DNA of 64,000 bases from Patescibacteria group bacterium (GTDB taxonomy: Bacteria > Patescibacteriota > Patescibacteriia > Magasanikbacterales > GWA2-37-8), in NCBI GenBank assembly GCA_041661385.1, contig JBAZUP010000001.1, forward strand, positions 209,692 to 273,691, written 5' to 3'. Of this stretch, positions 38,994-46,655 are shown piece by piece. The number at the start of each line of letters is the position of its first letter. Position 1 is the stretch's first letter. The notes beneath the pieces were generated by a model. The model saw only the letters and a program-made list of their open reading frames with translations, searched no databases and was not told the origin of the DNA. The position numbers and the translations under genes are program-made.

Positions 38994-39015
38994 GTTCGTA
39001 ATCCTATATAACAAC

Positions 39016-39188
39016 CCCGTCCGTATTTCACTCATTCAATAGAATGGCGATGTAACCAGATACGACAACGGGATACCGACAGATACTAGTTCCGTGCAAT
39101 TCCCCTATCGACAGGTCAGACGAAGGACGGGGCTGCTAGGCAGGATTGGAGCTGAGGCCGCAAATTGGCCCTAAAGGCCGTTCCGCGG
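39016..39188 (+). ncRNA. Candidate SRP RNA (ffs)-like structured RNA, or alternatively the antisense of the structured hrcA leader
   Basis: GC-rich, self-complementary segment. On the + strand, CAGGTCAG (39112-39119), GAAGGA (39123-39128), GCTGC and AGGCAG (39138-39143) match the conserved SRP RNA helix-8 motif in order and spacing. Boundaries are uncertain. Confidence 0.35.
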
Positions 39189-39215
39189 TTATCACTCCAC
39201 TCCTATGAGTGATAA
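39189..39215 (-). promoter_or_regulatory. CIRCE-like HrcA operator (TTATCACTC-N9-GAGTGATAA)
   Basis: Perfect 9-bp inverted repeat with a 9-nt spacer. It matches the CIRCE consensus TTAGCACTC-N9-GAGTGCTAA at 16/18 arm positions. It overlaps the -10 of the promoter upstream of hrcA-grpE-dnaK. Confidence 0.7.
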
Positions 39216-39241
39216 TACACCCTATCGCTCCAGCATGTCAA
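39212..39241 (-). promoter_or_regulatory. Sigma-A-type promoter TTGACA-18-TATTAT of the hrcA heat-shock operon
   Basis: Minus-strand hexamers at 39241-39236 and 39217-39212. The -10 overlaps the CIRCE element. Confidence 0.55.
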
Positions 39242-39274
39242 GCGATAAAATAGTGGATAAAATATAATAAAAAA

Positions 39275-39302
39275 ACACCCCTATTTTTGGGGTGTTTTGT
39301 TG
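39275..39302. terminator. Bidirectional intrinsic terminator (CACCCC-TATTTTT-GGGGTG with A/T runs on both sides)
   Basis: Immediately after the stop of the SPFH gene (-) and downstream of the structured-RNA region (+). Confidence 0.6.
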
Positions 39303-39308
39303 ATGTTT

Positions 39309-39884
39309 TTATTGATGAATCTGAGAGATTTCGCTGAGGAGCACATTTTCTACATAGATACCGCGCGGGAAGAAAATCTTTTCAAGCTCATTTTTTAATT
39401 CGATTTCAACACTGTCACGATGCGAGCCGATAATGTTCGCATAATCGAACCTAGAAAATACCATGCGAATACGGCTACGAATTGCCGGCCTAACAATCTT
39501 AGCGACAAAATCTTCACCAATGGTTTGCCAAATCGAAGGAACTTGATGAATATCTAAGCGGAGTAAAATTGTACCGTTTACTTCTACTCGCTTACCATCT
39601 TGTGTAACCGCGGCAATAGGAATGTCCCCAAGCGCTCTTTCATGAGCGGCATCAAATTGACGAGAAATACTATATTCCAAGGTCTGAACATTAAACAATT
39701 TTGCTTTTTGCCAAAACGGAATTTTCAAATGCAGTCCGGAAGTCAAAACTTTTTTTAATACTCCCCTGCCCAAATCGTACACGCAAGCAACGTATCCCGG
39801 TGGGACATAAATAAAAAGACCCTTCAGCACATCATCCACTACGAATGAATATACTAATCGGTCTAAATCATTTGATTCCGCCAT
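39309..39884 (-). CDS. SPFH/band-7 domain protein (no TM anchor)
   Basis: GYVACVYDLGRGVLKKVLTSGLHLKIPFWQKAKLFNVQTLEY follows the SPFH pattern. Confidence 0.55.
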   Translation of the reverse strand: MAESNDLDRLVYSFVVDDVLKGLFIYVPPGYVACVYDLGRGVLKKVLTSGLHLKIPFWQKAKLFNVQTLEYSISRQFDAAHERALGDIPIAAVTQDGKRVEVNGTILLRLDIHQVPSIWQTIGEDFVAKIVRPAIRSRIRMVFSRFDYANIIGSHRDSVEIELKNELEKIFFPRGIYVENVLLSEISQIHQ

Positions 39885-39894
39885 ATTTTATTTC

Positions 39895-40629
39895 TTAATG
39901 ATGCGCTCCTGCGCTAGGCAGAGAAGCTTTTTTATTCTTCTTTTTTGGCACTACCGTTAGGTAATGAATCGCCTTAATCATATCAGTAAATATCATGGTT
40001 GTCAAAATAAACAACGACTTAACCATGGGCAAATACCAGAGCGCCACAAACGTAAAAATCGGAAAAAATATAATGAAATACATGTCTGAAGGGCTCCAGT
40101 GTTTTTGATGACGGCTTCCAATTAGGGTAGAAATTATAAGATATAAAGTTGCAAGGCCAGCCCACAAATAATCGTGGCGATAGCCAATATCAAACCCGTA
40201 AAAACTAATATTTATTTTGCCGGGATAATCAATAATCGGATAAAGAGTTTTGATAACTTTTTCTCCGGTAATACCTTGTAAGAAAACTTGATAAAGTAAA
40301 ATAAGTACTAAAAATTGAATTGCGAGCGTTAAAACTTTTGCCCATGGAGAAATGCGGTATTTTTTCATGATGCTGCGCGCCGCCTCACTCTGAGCAATCC
40401 GATCATTTTTAAAAGCCAACATTGCTTTTCTAGCTTCTTCCTCCGCTTTTTCACGACGATCAGTATTCATGAGCGCAATAATTGTAAGCGGCAACAATAT
40501 AACTCGAAGAAAAACCGTAAGCCAAACCACTGCCCACCCAAGGTTTTCACCGGCGACATTTACATAAATCCAAATCAGCGCGTTAAACAACGGCTGGAAA
40601 AGGAAATTATACCAAATCAGATTAAGCAT
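39895..40629 (-). CDS. yidC: Membrane protein insertase YidC (short Gram-positive-type form)
   Basis: NLGWAVVWLTVFLRVILLPLTI signature and 5 TM helices. Confidence 0.7.
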   Translation of the reverse strand: MLNLIWYNFLFQPLFNALIWIYVNVAGENLGWAVVWLTVFLRVILLPLTIIALMNTDRREKAEEEARKAMLAFKNDRIAQSEAARSIMKKYRISPWAKVLTLAIQFLVLILLYQVFLQGITGEKVIKTLYPIIDYPGKINISFYGFDIGYRHDYLWAGLATLYLIISTLIGSRHQKHWSPSDMYFIIFFPIFTFVALWYLPMVKSLFILTTMIFTDMIKAIHYLTVVPKKKNKKASLPSAGAHH

Positions 40630-40728
40630 AAATATGCCATAATAATAACATAAAATGACGCTATTCGCAAATGTATTGGAAATGATTAGGGCGGCCGCAA
40701 TTTCGCGGCCGCCCCGGAAAAAGAACGA

Positions 40729-41316
40729 CTATACGACCTTTCTTACATCGATGTCTTTTCGCTCAAGACCGAGCGAGTAAAAGGCGGTAAGAACAGCCTC
40801 AAGCTGAGACGGATTACCGCCAAATTCAGGGCTCCAAACAAGCTTGATATCGGACGGTTCACCGCCGTGCGGATAGATGCGAAAATCACATCGAACTGAG
40901 TTATTAAACCGGTTATACTTGTGAGCCGACCTCACAAATGAAAGATGGCCCACATAACCACGCCGCAGAAAAACGGCGGCGATCTTCCGAATAATTTCAA
41001 AGCTTTTTTCACTTTTGCGCCCAGCCTCTTCAAAAGCAACAAAGCTCGGAAGCTTTTTGTCTACCATGAGCGCAGAAAGATCTGGAAGGTGTCTTTTCCC
41101 GGATCCCTGCTCGGCTTTTCCGACAATCACCGGTGAAATATCATGCAATCTGGAAAAGAGGTATCCAGTTTGATATGCAATATCACGAAACATCTCCTGA
41201 TCTGGCGGGAAATGCAAAACCCCGTCGAACCATTTCCAATCTTTTGGAATAGATTCTACAAGCTTTTTACGGACCTCTGGATTATCCGGAAGCGCAAAAA
41301 AGATTTGGTTTTCCAT
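40729..41316 (-). CDS. Hypothetical protein (195 aa) with elevated GC relative to its neighbours
   Basis: No recognisable motif. The gene body is about 48% GC against about 38% locally. It is flanked downstream by a strong GC hairpin, GGCGGCCGC-AATTTC-GCGGCCGCC (40658-40685). Confidence 0.4.
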   Translation of the reverse strand: MENQIFFALPDNPEVRKKLVESIPKDWKWFDGVLHFPPDQEMFRDIAYQTGYLFSRLHDISPVIVGKAEQGSGKRHLPDLSALMVDKKLPSFVAFEEAGRKSEKSFEIIRKIAAVFLRRGYVGHLSFVRSAHKYNRFNNSVRCDFRIYPHGGEPSDIKLVWSPEFGGNPSQLEAVLTAFYSLGLERKDIDVRKVV

Positions 41317-41383
41317 CTCTTCCTCCTCATCGTGCTTGAAAGGTTAACTGATAGAAACTAACACGAGAAATAAAAATTAGCAA

Positions 41384-41414
41384 GGTAAAAAATAACCGCT
41401 TGGTTTAAGCGGTT
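41384..41414 (-). terminator. Intrinsic terminator after the 864-aa ATP-grasp gene
   Basis: AACCGCTT-loop-AAGCGGTT followed on the minus strand by ATTTTTTACC. Confidence 0.55.
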
Positions 41415-41429
41415 AGATATTAAACTGAA

Positions 41430-44024
41430 TTACTCATGAAGCTCCCAAATGAACCGCGCTACCGGGTTTGGCTTGCCGATAAGCGGATGGTGATGCAAAT
41501 TTATAAACGGCATGCCGTTACACTCTATAATACCCCACTTTTTACCGGCCGGCGAAACTGTCACATCATCAACGATGAAATCAAACCCGAGCAGCGGGTC
41601 GCCGATAGCGGCGGCGGCTTTTTCCAAAGCCGCTTTGATTTCCGGATGCGTTTCCTCGGTAATTTCAAAACTTGAACCGCCATAGGAAATGCCGACTTTT
41701 TCAGTAAGATCAATTTTTTTATCTTTCGGCAAAACTGTTTTAAGATTAAATCCGTTTCTAGCCAAAAATTCATTTGAAGATTGAGAAATTTTAAAATCTT
41801 TTACGCGCGGATCTTTGGCGGCATTTTTTAATTCAATTAATTCACTAATAGTATGGGTGCCGTCGCCAATAATGCGCGGAGGTGAACCGCCCAAAACTCC
41901 CGCAAGTTTTCCACCAATTACTGTGCCTCGGAATACGTCTCCGATCAAATGTTCTTCCATAACCACCCAGTGGCATAATTGCTTGGCTATTTTAAAAGCC
42001 TTACGAAGCTGCTCTTCATTATAAATATGAGTGGTGGTGTGGCGGCCGCGAGAACCAAGCCTCGGTTTAATAATAACCGGCTTTTCCAATTCACGAAACC
42101 TATTTAACAATTTCTTATATTTTGAATATCCGCCACCCGGTGAAACCGGCACCCCGGCCGACATTAATTTTTTCTTGATTATGGCTTTATCGTCTAGCCA
42201 AAATTCAATCTCGGTATCCTTAAATTTATCAGGTCGCGGCAAACCAGAAAAATACATAACCTTATCGCCAATTTTTGCGTCGTAAAAATCAACCTCACGC
42301 CCAAATATTTTTGCTCCTCTCATTTCAATCCCCTTTTTTTCAGCTTCCTCCCATAAAACTTTTGCCCGTTCAATCGTCCAAGTTTCACGATTATTATGGA
42401 ATCCAACCAACTTCAACTTTTCAAATATTCGCCACCAAAGCATAAAAAAATTATCCAGAAGTCGACTAAACGCCCTAAAAATCCCCACTCTTGCCATGGA
42501 CCGATTCAATGGCGACATCATTATAATCATTGATTCACTTATCCACTGCACATTATGCGGAACCGGATTATTACCGCAATATTCGCATTTCTTCGGCGCA
42601 AACAGATTACTGAAATTGGACGGGATAAATAAAAACGGCTTCAGTTTTTTCCGTTTAACATTAGACGTCTTTCCGGTAATTATTTTGTAATATTCAGGCA
42701 GCATAGTATCAACAGCTTTTTTTAGGGAAGTTAAAAGACAAATCTTTTTAAAATCTGCGGCGTTGTTTTCATTTCCGTACAAAAGCACGTCTAAGCCGGT
42801 CGCCGGAACTGAGCGGCTTTGATAATTAATAAACGAAAGAGCCATATCCGCCGCAAAATGGTTGGTTTGAAGCGCCGCTAAAAATGGTGGAATTATAAAA
42901 TTGTTTTCCAATAATACTTTTTTCCAGGCGGCCTTTAATTCTGCCAAATAATTCACCTGGCTGAACCCGCCGCCGCAAGTCACACCATAATAAAACGAAA
43001 TCACAATATAAGTAAGGGCCATGCTCGGCATAATCTGATTATTGTTCAGCGCTTCCGCTACGCCATTTGGGGTAAGTGGAATATTTAAATTGTAATCATT
43101 GCTAATAAGTTTTTCATCTTCCAAAAACAGTCTAACTCTTTTACCGTTTTTTAAACCCCAAAACAAAAAGGTTCCCTTATTCTCCGCTTCAAAAAATGCC
43201 CCGGCAATACCGTTGAAATTTTTCCTAAACGAAGACAGGGTCTTTTTATTAAACATCAGTTCAAAGATAGCCGTTTTTTTATTTAGGTGGTGTTGTAAAA
43301 TTAAATTCTTTACAATTTCTTCCTGATCCAAATAAATTAAATTCGAATTTTCCTGTCCGGGAAATAATTTCCATAAATGATAATTTCCTCTGCTGATTTG
43401 ATCAGAATATTTTTCGCACAACAAATTATCTTCTCTAAAAAATGTTTTATTCAAAATTTTAAGCAATCGGTTAGATTTATAACCAAGATCTTCCGCAATT
43501 ATTTCTTTTATTACATTAGCAACAGCGCTTTTATCATAACCTTTGGTGATATGTATCGGCTGGTGCTTATTTTTTAAACTGAAGAGGTGCAAGCGCTTTT
43601 CGTCGAGATTTGAATCATGAACCAAAAAACCTCTGGGAAACGATGAATTATTGAGCGATACACCTGAACAAGCCAAAGTAAAAATATATTTATTGTTTTT
43701 ATGATTATTTACCAATGCCTGCAACCAAGTAGAATTGAAAAAAAATGCGTGAGTAAGCGGGCCATGATGGTCGGCGGTGGAAACATAATATTGATTCCAT
43801 AATTCCACTCGCGCTTCTTCCGCCGTCTTTTTATCAAATAATTCTAAAATCTTAGCTTCAACAACCCCAAGAAACTCATTTTTCAAATCCTCACTAACAT
43901 TTATTTGCTCATTAACAACTGAAGAAGCATACTCAAAAATCGATTCTTGACCGTGGTCATCGATAATATTTTTTAATACTGGTTTGTCGTCAAAAACTTT
44001 TTTTCTGATTATGCGCCTCGACAT
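41430..44024 (-). CDS. Large protein: roughly 540-aa N-terminal domain of unknown function fused to a C-terminal RimK-like ATP-grasp ligase domain
   Basis: The C-terminal roughly 320 aa read ...VIIKPRLGSRGRHTTTHIYNEEQL...GFDFIVDDVTVSPAGKKWGIIECNGMPF, the RimK/ATP-grasp pattern. The N-terminal part has no recognisable motif. Confidence 0.5.
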   Translation of the reverse strand: MSRRIIRKKVFDDKPVLKNIIDDHGQESIFEYASSVVNEQINVSEDLKNEFLGVVEAKILELFDKKTAEEARVELWNQYYVSTADHHGPLTHAFFFNSTWLQALVNNHKNNKYIFTLACSGVSLNNSSFPRGFLVHDSNLDEKRLHLFSLKNKHQPIHITKGYDKSAVANVIKEIIAEDLGYKSNRLLKILNKTFFREDNLLCEKYSDQISRGNYHLWKLFPGQENSNLIYLDQEEIVKNLILQHHLNKKTAIFELMFNKKTLSSFRKNFNGIAGAFFEAENKGTFLFWGLKNGKRVRLFLEDEKLISNDYNLNIPLTPNGVAEALNNNQIMPSMALTYIVISFYYGVTCGGGFSQVNYLAELKAAWKKVLLENNFIIPPFLAALQTNHFAADMALSFINYQSRSVPATGLDVLLYGNENNAADFKKICLLTSLKKAVDTMLPEYYKIITGKTSNVKRKKLKPFLFIPSNFSNLFAPKKCEYCGNNPVPHNVQWISESMIIMMSPLNRSMARVGIFRAFSRLLDNFFMLWWRIFEKLKLVGFHNNRETWTIERAKVLWEEAEKKGIEMRGAKIFGREVDFYDAKIGDKVMYFSGLPRPDKFKDTEIEFWLDDKAIIKKKLMSAGVPVSPGGGYSKYKKLLNRFRELEKPVIIKPRLGSRGRHTTTHIYNEEQLRKAFKIAKQLCHWVVMEEHLIGDVFRGTVIGGKLAGVLGGSPPRIIGDGTHTISELIELKNAAKDPRVKDFKISQSSNEFLARNGFNLKTVLPKDKKIDLTEKVGISYGGSSFEITEETHPEIKAALEKAAAAIGDPLLGFDFIVDDVTVSPAGKKWGIIECNGMPFINLHHHPLIGKPNPVARFIWELHE

Positions 44025-44030
44025 ATATTG

Positions 44031-44792
44031 CTACTCGGTTATTTTCAACTCCTTTTCACCAAGGAAACGAACTTCACCTAGCAACTCTATTTCTAAACTC
44101 GGTTTAAAACGAATTTCGTACCTGTGACCACTTGGCTGTTTAACAAAAAAAATCTCATTTTTTGACGGGTCTCTAAAAGGTATACAAGCCGCTATACTCC
44201 CCGATCCACAGGCGCTTTCTTTTACAAAAGTTCCAGTTTCTTTAACCCAAACTGTCGGCTCAATTTTTAAACTTGCGTAACTATTTTTTTCGAGAAAAAT
44301 TATTCCAAAAGCCGGAGAACTATTATAGTATGCCCGCACCAATGAATCGGCATCGAGATCTTTTTTTGTAGTCACGAGATAAGAGATACCCTGCAGTTCC
44401 ACCAAAAAACCATCGAACACCACGGTACAACCCACCACTAATGAGCCGGGCATGGATAGCGCGATAAGTTGGTCAGATTTTTGAGCAGTAATCTCTTGGT
44501 CAAATCCGGAAACTGTAAACTTTACTTCATCAATATTCTTTTCGTTTAACCAATGACTGGCCGCGGAACTTGCCGCATTCACGCAAAATTCACCGCCCAT
44601 CATTTGCAAACGTAACGGTCCCGCGCCCGACAAAACAAACCCTACTTGTTCAATTTCTGGATTACTCGCCATTATCTCCCTTGAAACCTCTGAAACTGAA
44701 TCTTTGTGATTAGAAAAAACGATCGCAGTAGTATTGCCACCCGGATAAAAAACCTTATATTTAACGTTATTTTTGTTGTTATCTATTGCCAT
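44031..44792 (-). CDS. Diaminopimelate epimerase-family (DapF-like PLP-independent epimerase/racemase) protein
   Basis: FYPGGNTTAIV (resembles GLGNDF), MMGGEFCVNAASSAAS (first catalytic Cys region) and ESACGSGSIAAC (resembles the ACGTGACAA second Cys motif). 253 aa. Confidence 0.45.
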   Translation of the reverse strand: MAIDNNKNNVKYKVFYPGGNTTAIVFSNHKDSVSEVSREIMASNPEIEQVGFVLSGAGPLRLQMMGGEFCVNAASSAASHWLNEKNIDEVKFTVSGFDQEITAQKSDQLIALSMPGSLVVGCTVVFDGFLVELQGISYLVTTKKDLDADSLVRAYYNSSPAFGIIFLEKNSYASLKIEPTVWVKETGTFVKESACGSGSIAACIPFRDPSKNEIFFVKQPSGHRYEIRFKPSLEIELLGEVRFLGEKELKITE

Positions 44793-44840
44793 AATTCCGC
44801 TTAATTATAGCAAGAACTTAAAATAAAACAACCTTAAACA

Positions 44841-44867
44841 AAAAACAGCCCATTGGGCTGTTTTTTG
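44841..44867. terminator. Bidirectional intrinsic terminator (CAGCCC-ATT-GGGCTG with flanking A/T runs)
   Basis: Downstream of the surface-protein gene (-). Confidence 0.55.
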
Positions 44868-44877
44868 ATATTTCTAT

Positions 44878-45942
44878 TTAATCATCTTCCTGCTCGCTGT
44901 GATTCGTGCGAGTTTGATTTAATGATCGAACAGATCTATGCTGTTCACCTTGTGAATTCTTTGAATCATGAATTTCAATTTCATTTTCATCTTCATGATC
45001 ATCTTCATCGTCATCATGATGTTGATTGTTGGTATTTGGGGTTGAAGTTGGAGTTGAGGTTGGAGGAGTTACTGGCGGAGGTGTGGTCGGGGTTGAAGTA
45101 ACATTATTTACGGTTACTAAAATTAAAGTTGAATTTCCAATATTACTTGCTGGGTCATAGGCCTTTGCTTGTAAGGTATGCGGACCGTTTGTTTCCAAAG
45201 TGGTGTCCCAAGCAAATGAATATGGATTGGTAATATCAAGATATTTTAATATACCATCAACATAAAACTCTACCTTTGCAACACTTGGCACACCAGTCGC
45301 ATCGGCAGCAACCATTATAGTACCAGACACGGTAGAAGGACCCGGGGTGGTTATATTGGAAGTTGGAGGGGTTGAGGTGGTTGAACCGGCATTATTAACA
45401 GTTACGTTTACAACTGAAGAGTTGCTTACGTTTACACCATCATAGGCTTTGGCTTGCAAAGTATGCGCGCCATTTGAAACGGCGGCAGTGTTCCAATCAT
45501 ACGAATATGCCAAAGAGGTGTCCGTTGAAGCTAACGCACCATCAATATAAAATTCAACTTTCGTTACTCCAGTATAAGTAGTGGGAAGTAAATACGGAAT
45601 CATGCGTGTCACATCTGTCCCGTGCATGCCGAAATATAGCGCGTCATTATTTTGTCCGCAGAGGAAAACATTTCCACCAGGATGAGCGCCGGTTGGTTGC
45701 AGCGGCGTCACATCATACTGTTTTCCATAAAGATTTATTACGCACGAAGAGAAAAGGTCGGTAGCGGTTGCAGCGATTGTAACTGTTCCAAAAACAGAAG
45801 CGCCGTTTGCTGGCGAGACGATTGAGACAACCGGTGGCGAACTATCAGTTGGAGCGGCATAAGCCATAATCGGCAGGAGCGGTGCAATAACCATTGCACT
45901 AACCACTCCATATATAAGTGTTTTTAATGAATTTTTATTCAT
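44878..45942 (-). CDS. Cell-surface protein with two bacterial Ig-like repeats, a P/T-rich linker and an acidic C-terminal tail
   Basis: Signal/TM at the N-terminus. Two repeats (VEFYIDGALASTDTSLAYSYDWNTAAVSNGAHTLQAKAYD and VEFYVDGILKYLDITNPYSFAWDTTLETNGPHTLQAKAYD), a TPTTPPPVTPPTSTPTSTP linker and a DDDEDDHEDENE tail. Confidence 0.55.
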   Translation of the reverse strand: MNKNSLKTLIYGVVSAMVIAPLLPIMAYAAPTDSSPPVVSIVSPANGASVFGTVTIAATATDLFSSCVINLYGKQYDVTPLQPTGAHPGGNVFLCGQNNDALYFGMHGTDVTRMIPYLLPTTYTGVTKVEFYIDGALASTDTSLAYSYDWNTAAVSNGAHTLQAKAYDGVNVSNSSVVNVTVNNAGSTTSTPPTSNITTPGPSTVSGTIMVAADATGVPSVAKVEFYVDGILKYLDITNPYSFAWDTTLETNGPHTLQAKAYDPASNIGNSTLILVTVNNVTSTPTTPPPVTPPTSTPTSTPNTNNQHHDDDEDDHEDENEIEIHDSKNSQGEQHRSVRSLNQTRTNHSEQEDD

Positions 45943-46227
45943 ATGACTTGATGAAATCATATCGCGAAACATCAGTTGAGACGCGATGTTAATTAATTTA
46001 TTGTTTTTTTCAATAACAAACCGGAAATTAGCTACTTACATATATTTAATTTTTACAAATTAAAAAAAGACCAATTGTTATTCGCCCTCATAATGATAGA
46101 CAGTTTTGCGGCAATTTTTGGACTAATCGCCTATCTAAATATTCATTACACGCTACAACTACAATAGGTTACAAACTAAAAAACCCCTCTTGATATATGA
46201 CAAAAGGGGCTAAAAAAAGATTTATTA

Positions 46228-46653
46228 TTACGACAATAACTTAGCCAACCTGTCTAGTTCCGCCCTTTCGGCAAAAGGAAAGTTTCGTGGAGAAAATACG
46301 ATTTTATTATTTTCAATACCGGCCGCGCGGGCTGTAGTGATGTCGCCAGAATTATGTAAAGGAGCAACAATCATATGAGCATGACCGACTCCGTACCCAT
46401 TAACAATAATTCCCACCCGGTCAGGTTTTAAATTTTTTTCAATTGCCCTAGTTAATTCTCTTGATTTTTTAAATATTTTCTCAGCAATTTCATCGCTGAC
46501 ATCAGAAAATTTATCTATATGATCTTTAGGAATAATCAGCACTTGGCCGGGCCTGATTGGTTGAATATCCATAAACGCAAAAATATCAGTGTCTTCGTAC
46601 ACTGGGCTACATTCAGCGGTTCGAGCAATTATTTTACAAAATATACAGGTCAT
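46228..46653 (-). CDS. HIT-family-like hydrolase
   Basis: GVGHAHMIVAPLH is a histidine-triad-like motif. 141 aa. A terminator-like hairpin follows at about 46190-46227. Confidence 0.5.
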   Translation of the reverse strand: MTCIFCKIIARTAECSPVYEDTDIFAFMDIQPIRPGQVLIIPKDHIDKFSDVSDEIAEKIFKKSRELTRAIEKNLKPDRVGIIVNGYGVGHAHMIVAPLHNSGDITTARAAGIENNKIVFSPRNFPFAERAELDRLAKLLS

Positions 46654-46655
46654 AA

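Noticed and set aside
39016-39188. RNase P RNA, tmRNA or 6S RNA identity for the GC-rich structured segment
   Set aside because: There are no RNase P conserved regions (the AGGAAAGTCC/ACAGAAA type) and no tmRNA tRNA-like 3' end (GGTTCGAATCC...CCA). The length is too short for RNase P. Only the SRP helix-8 motif, or the antisense hrcA leader, fits.
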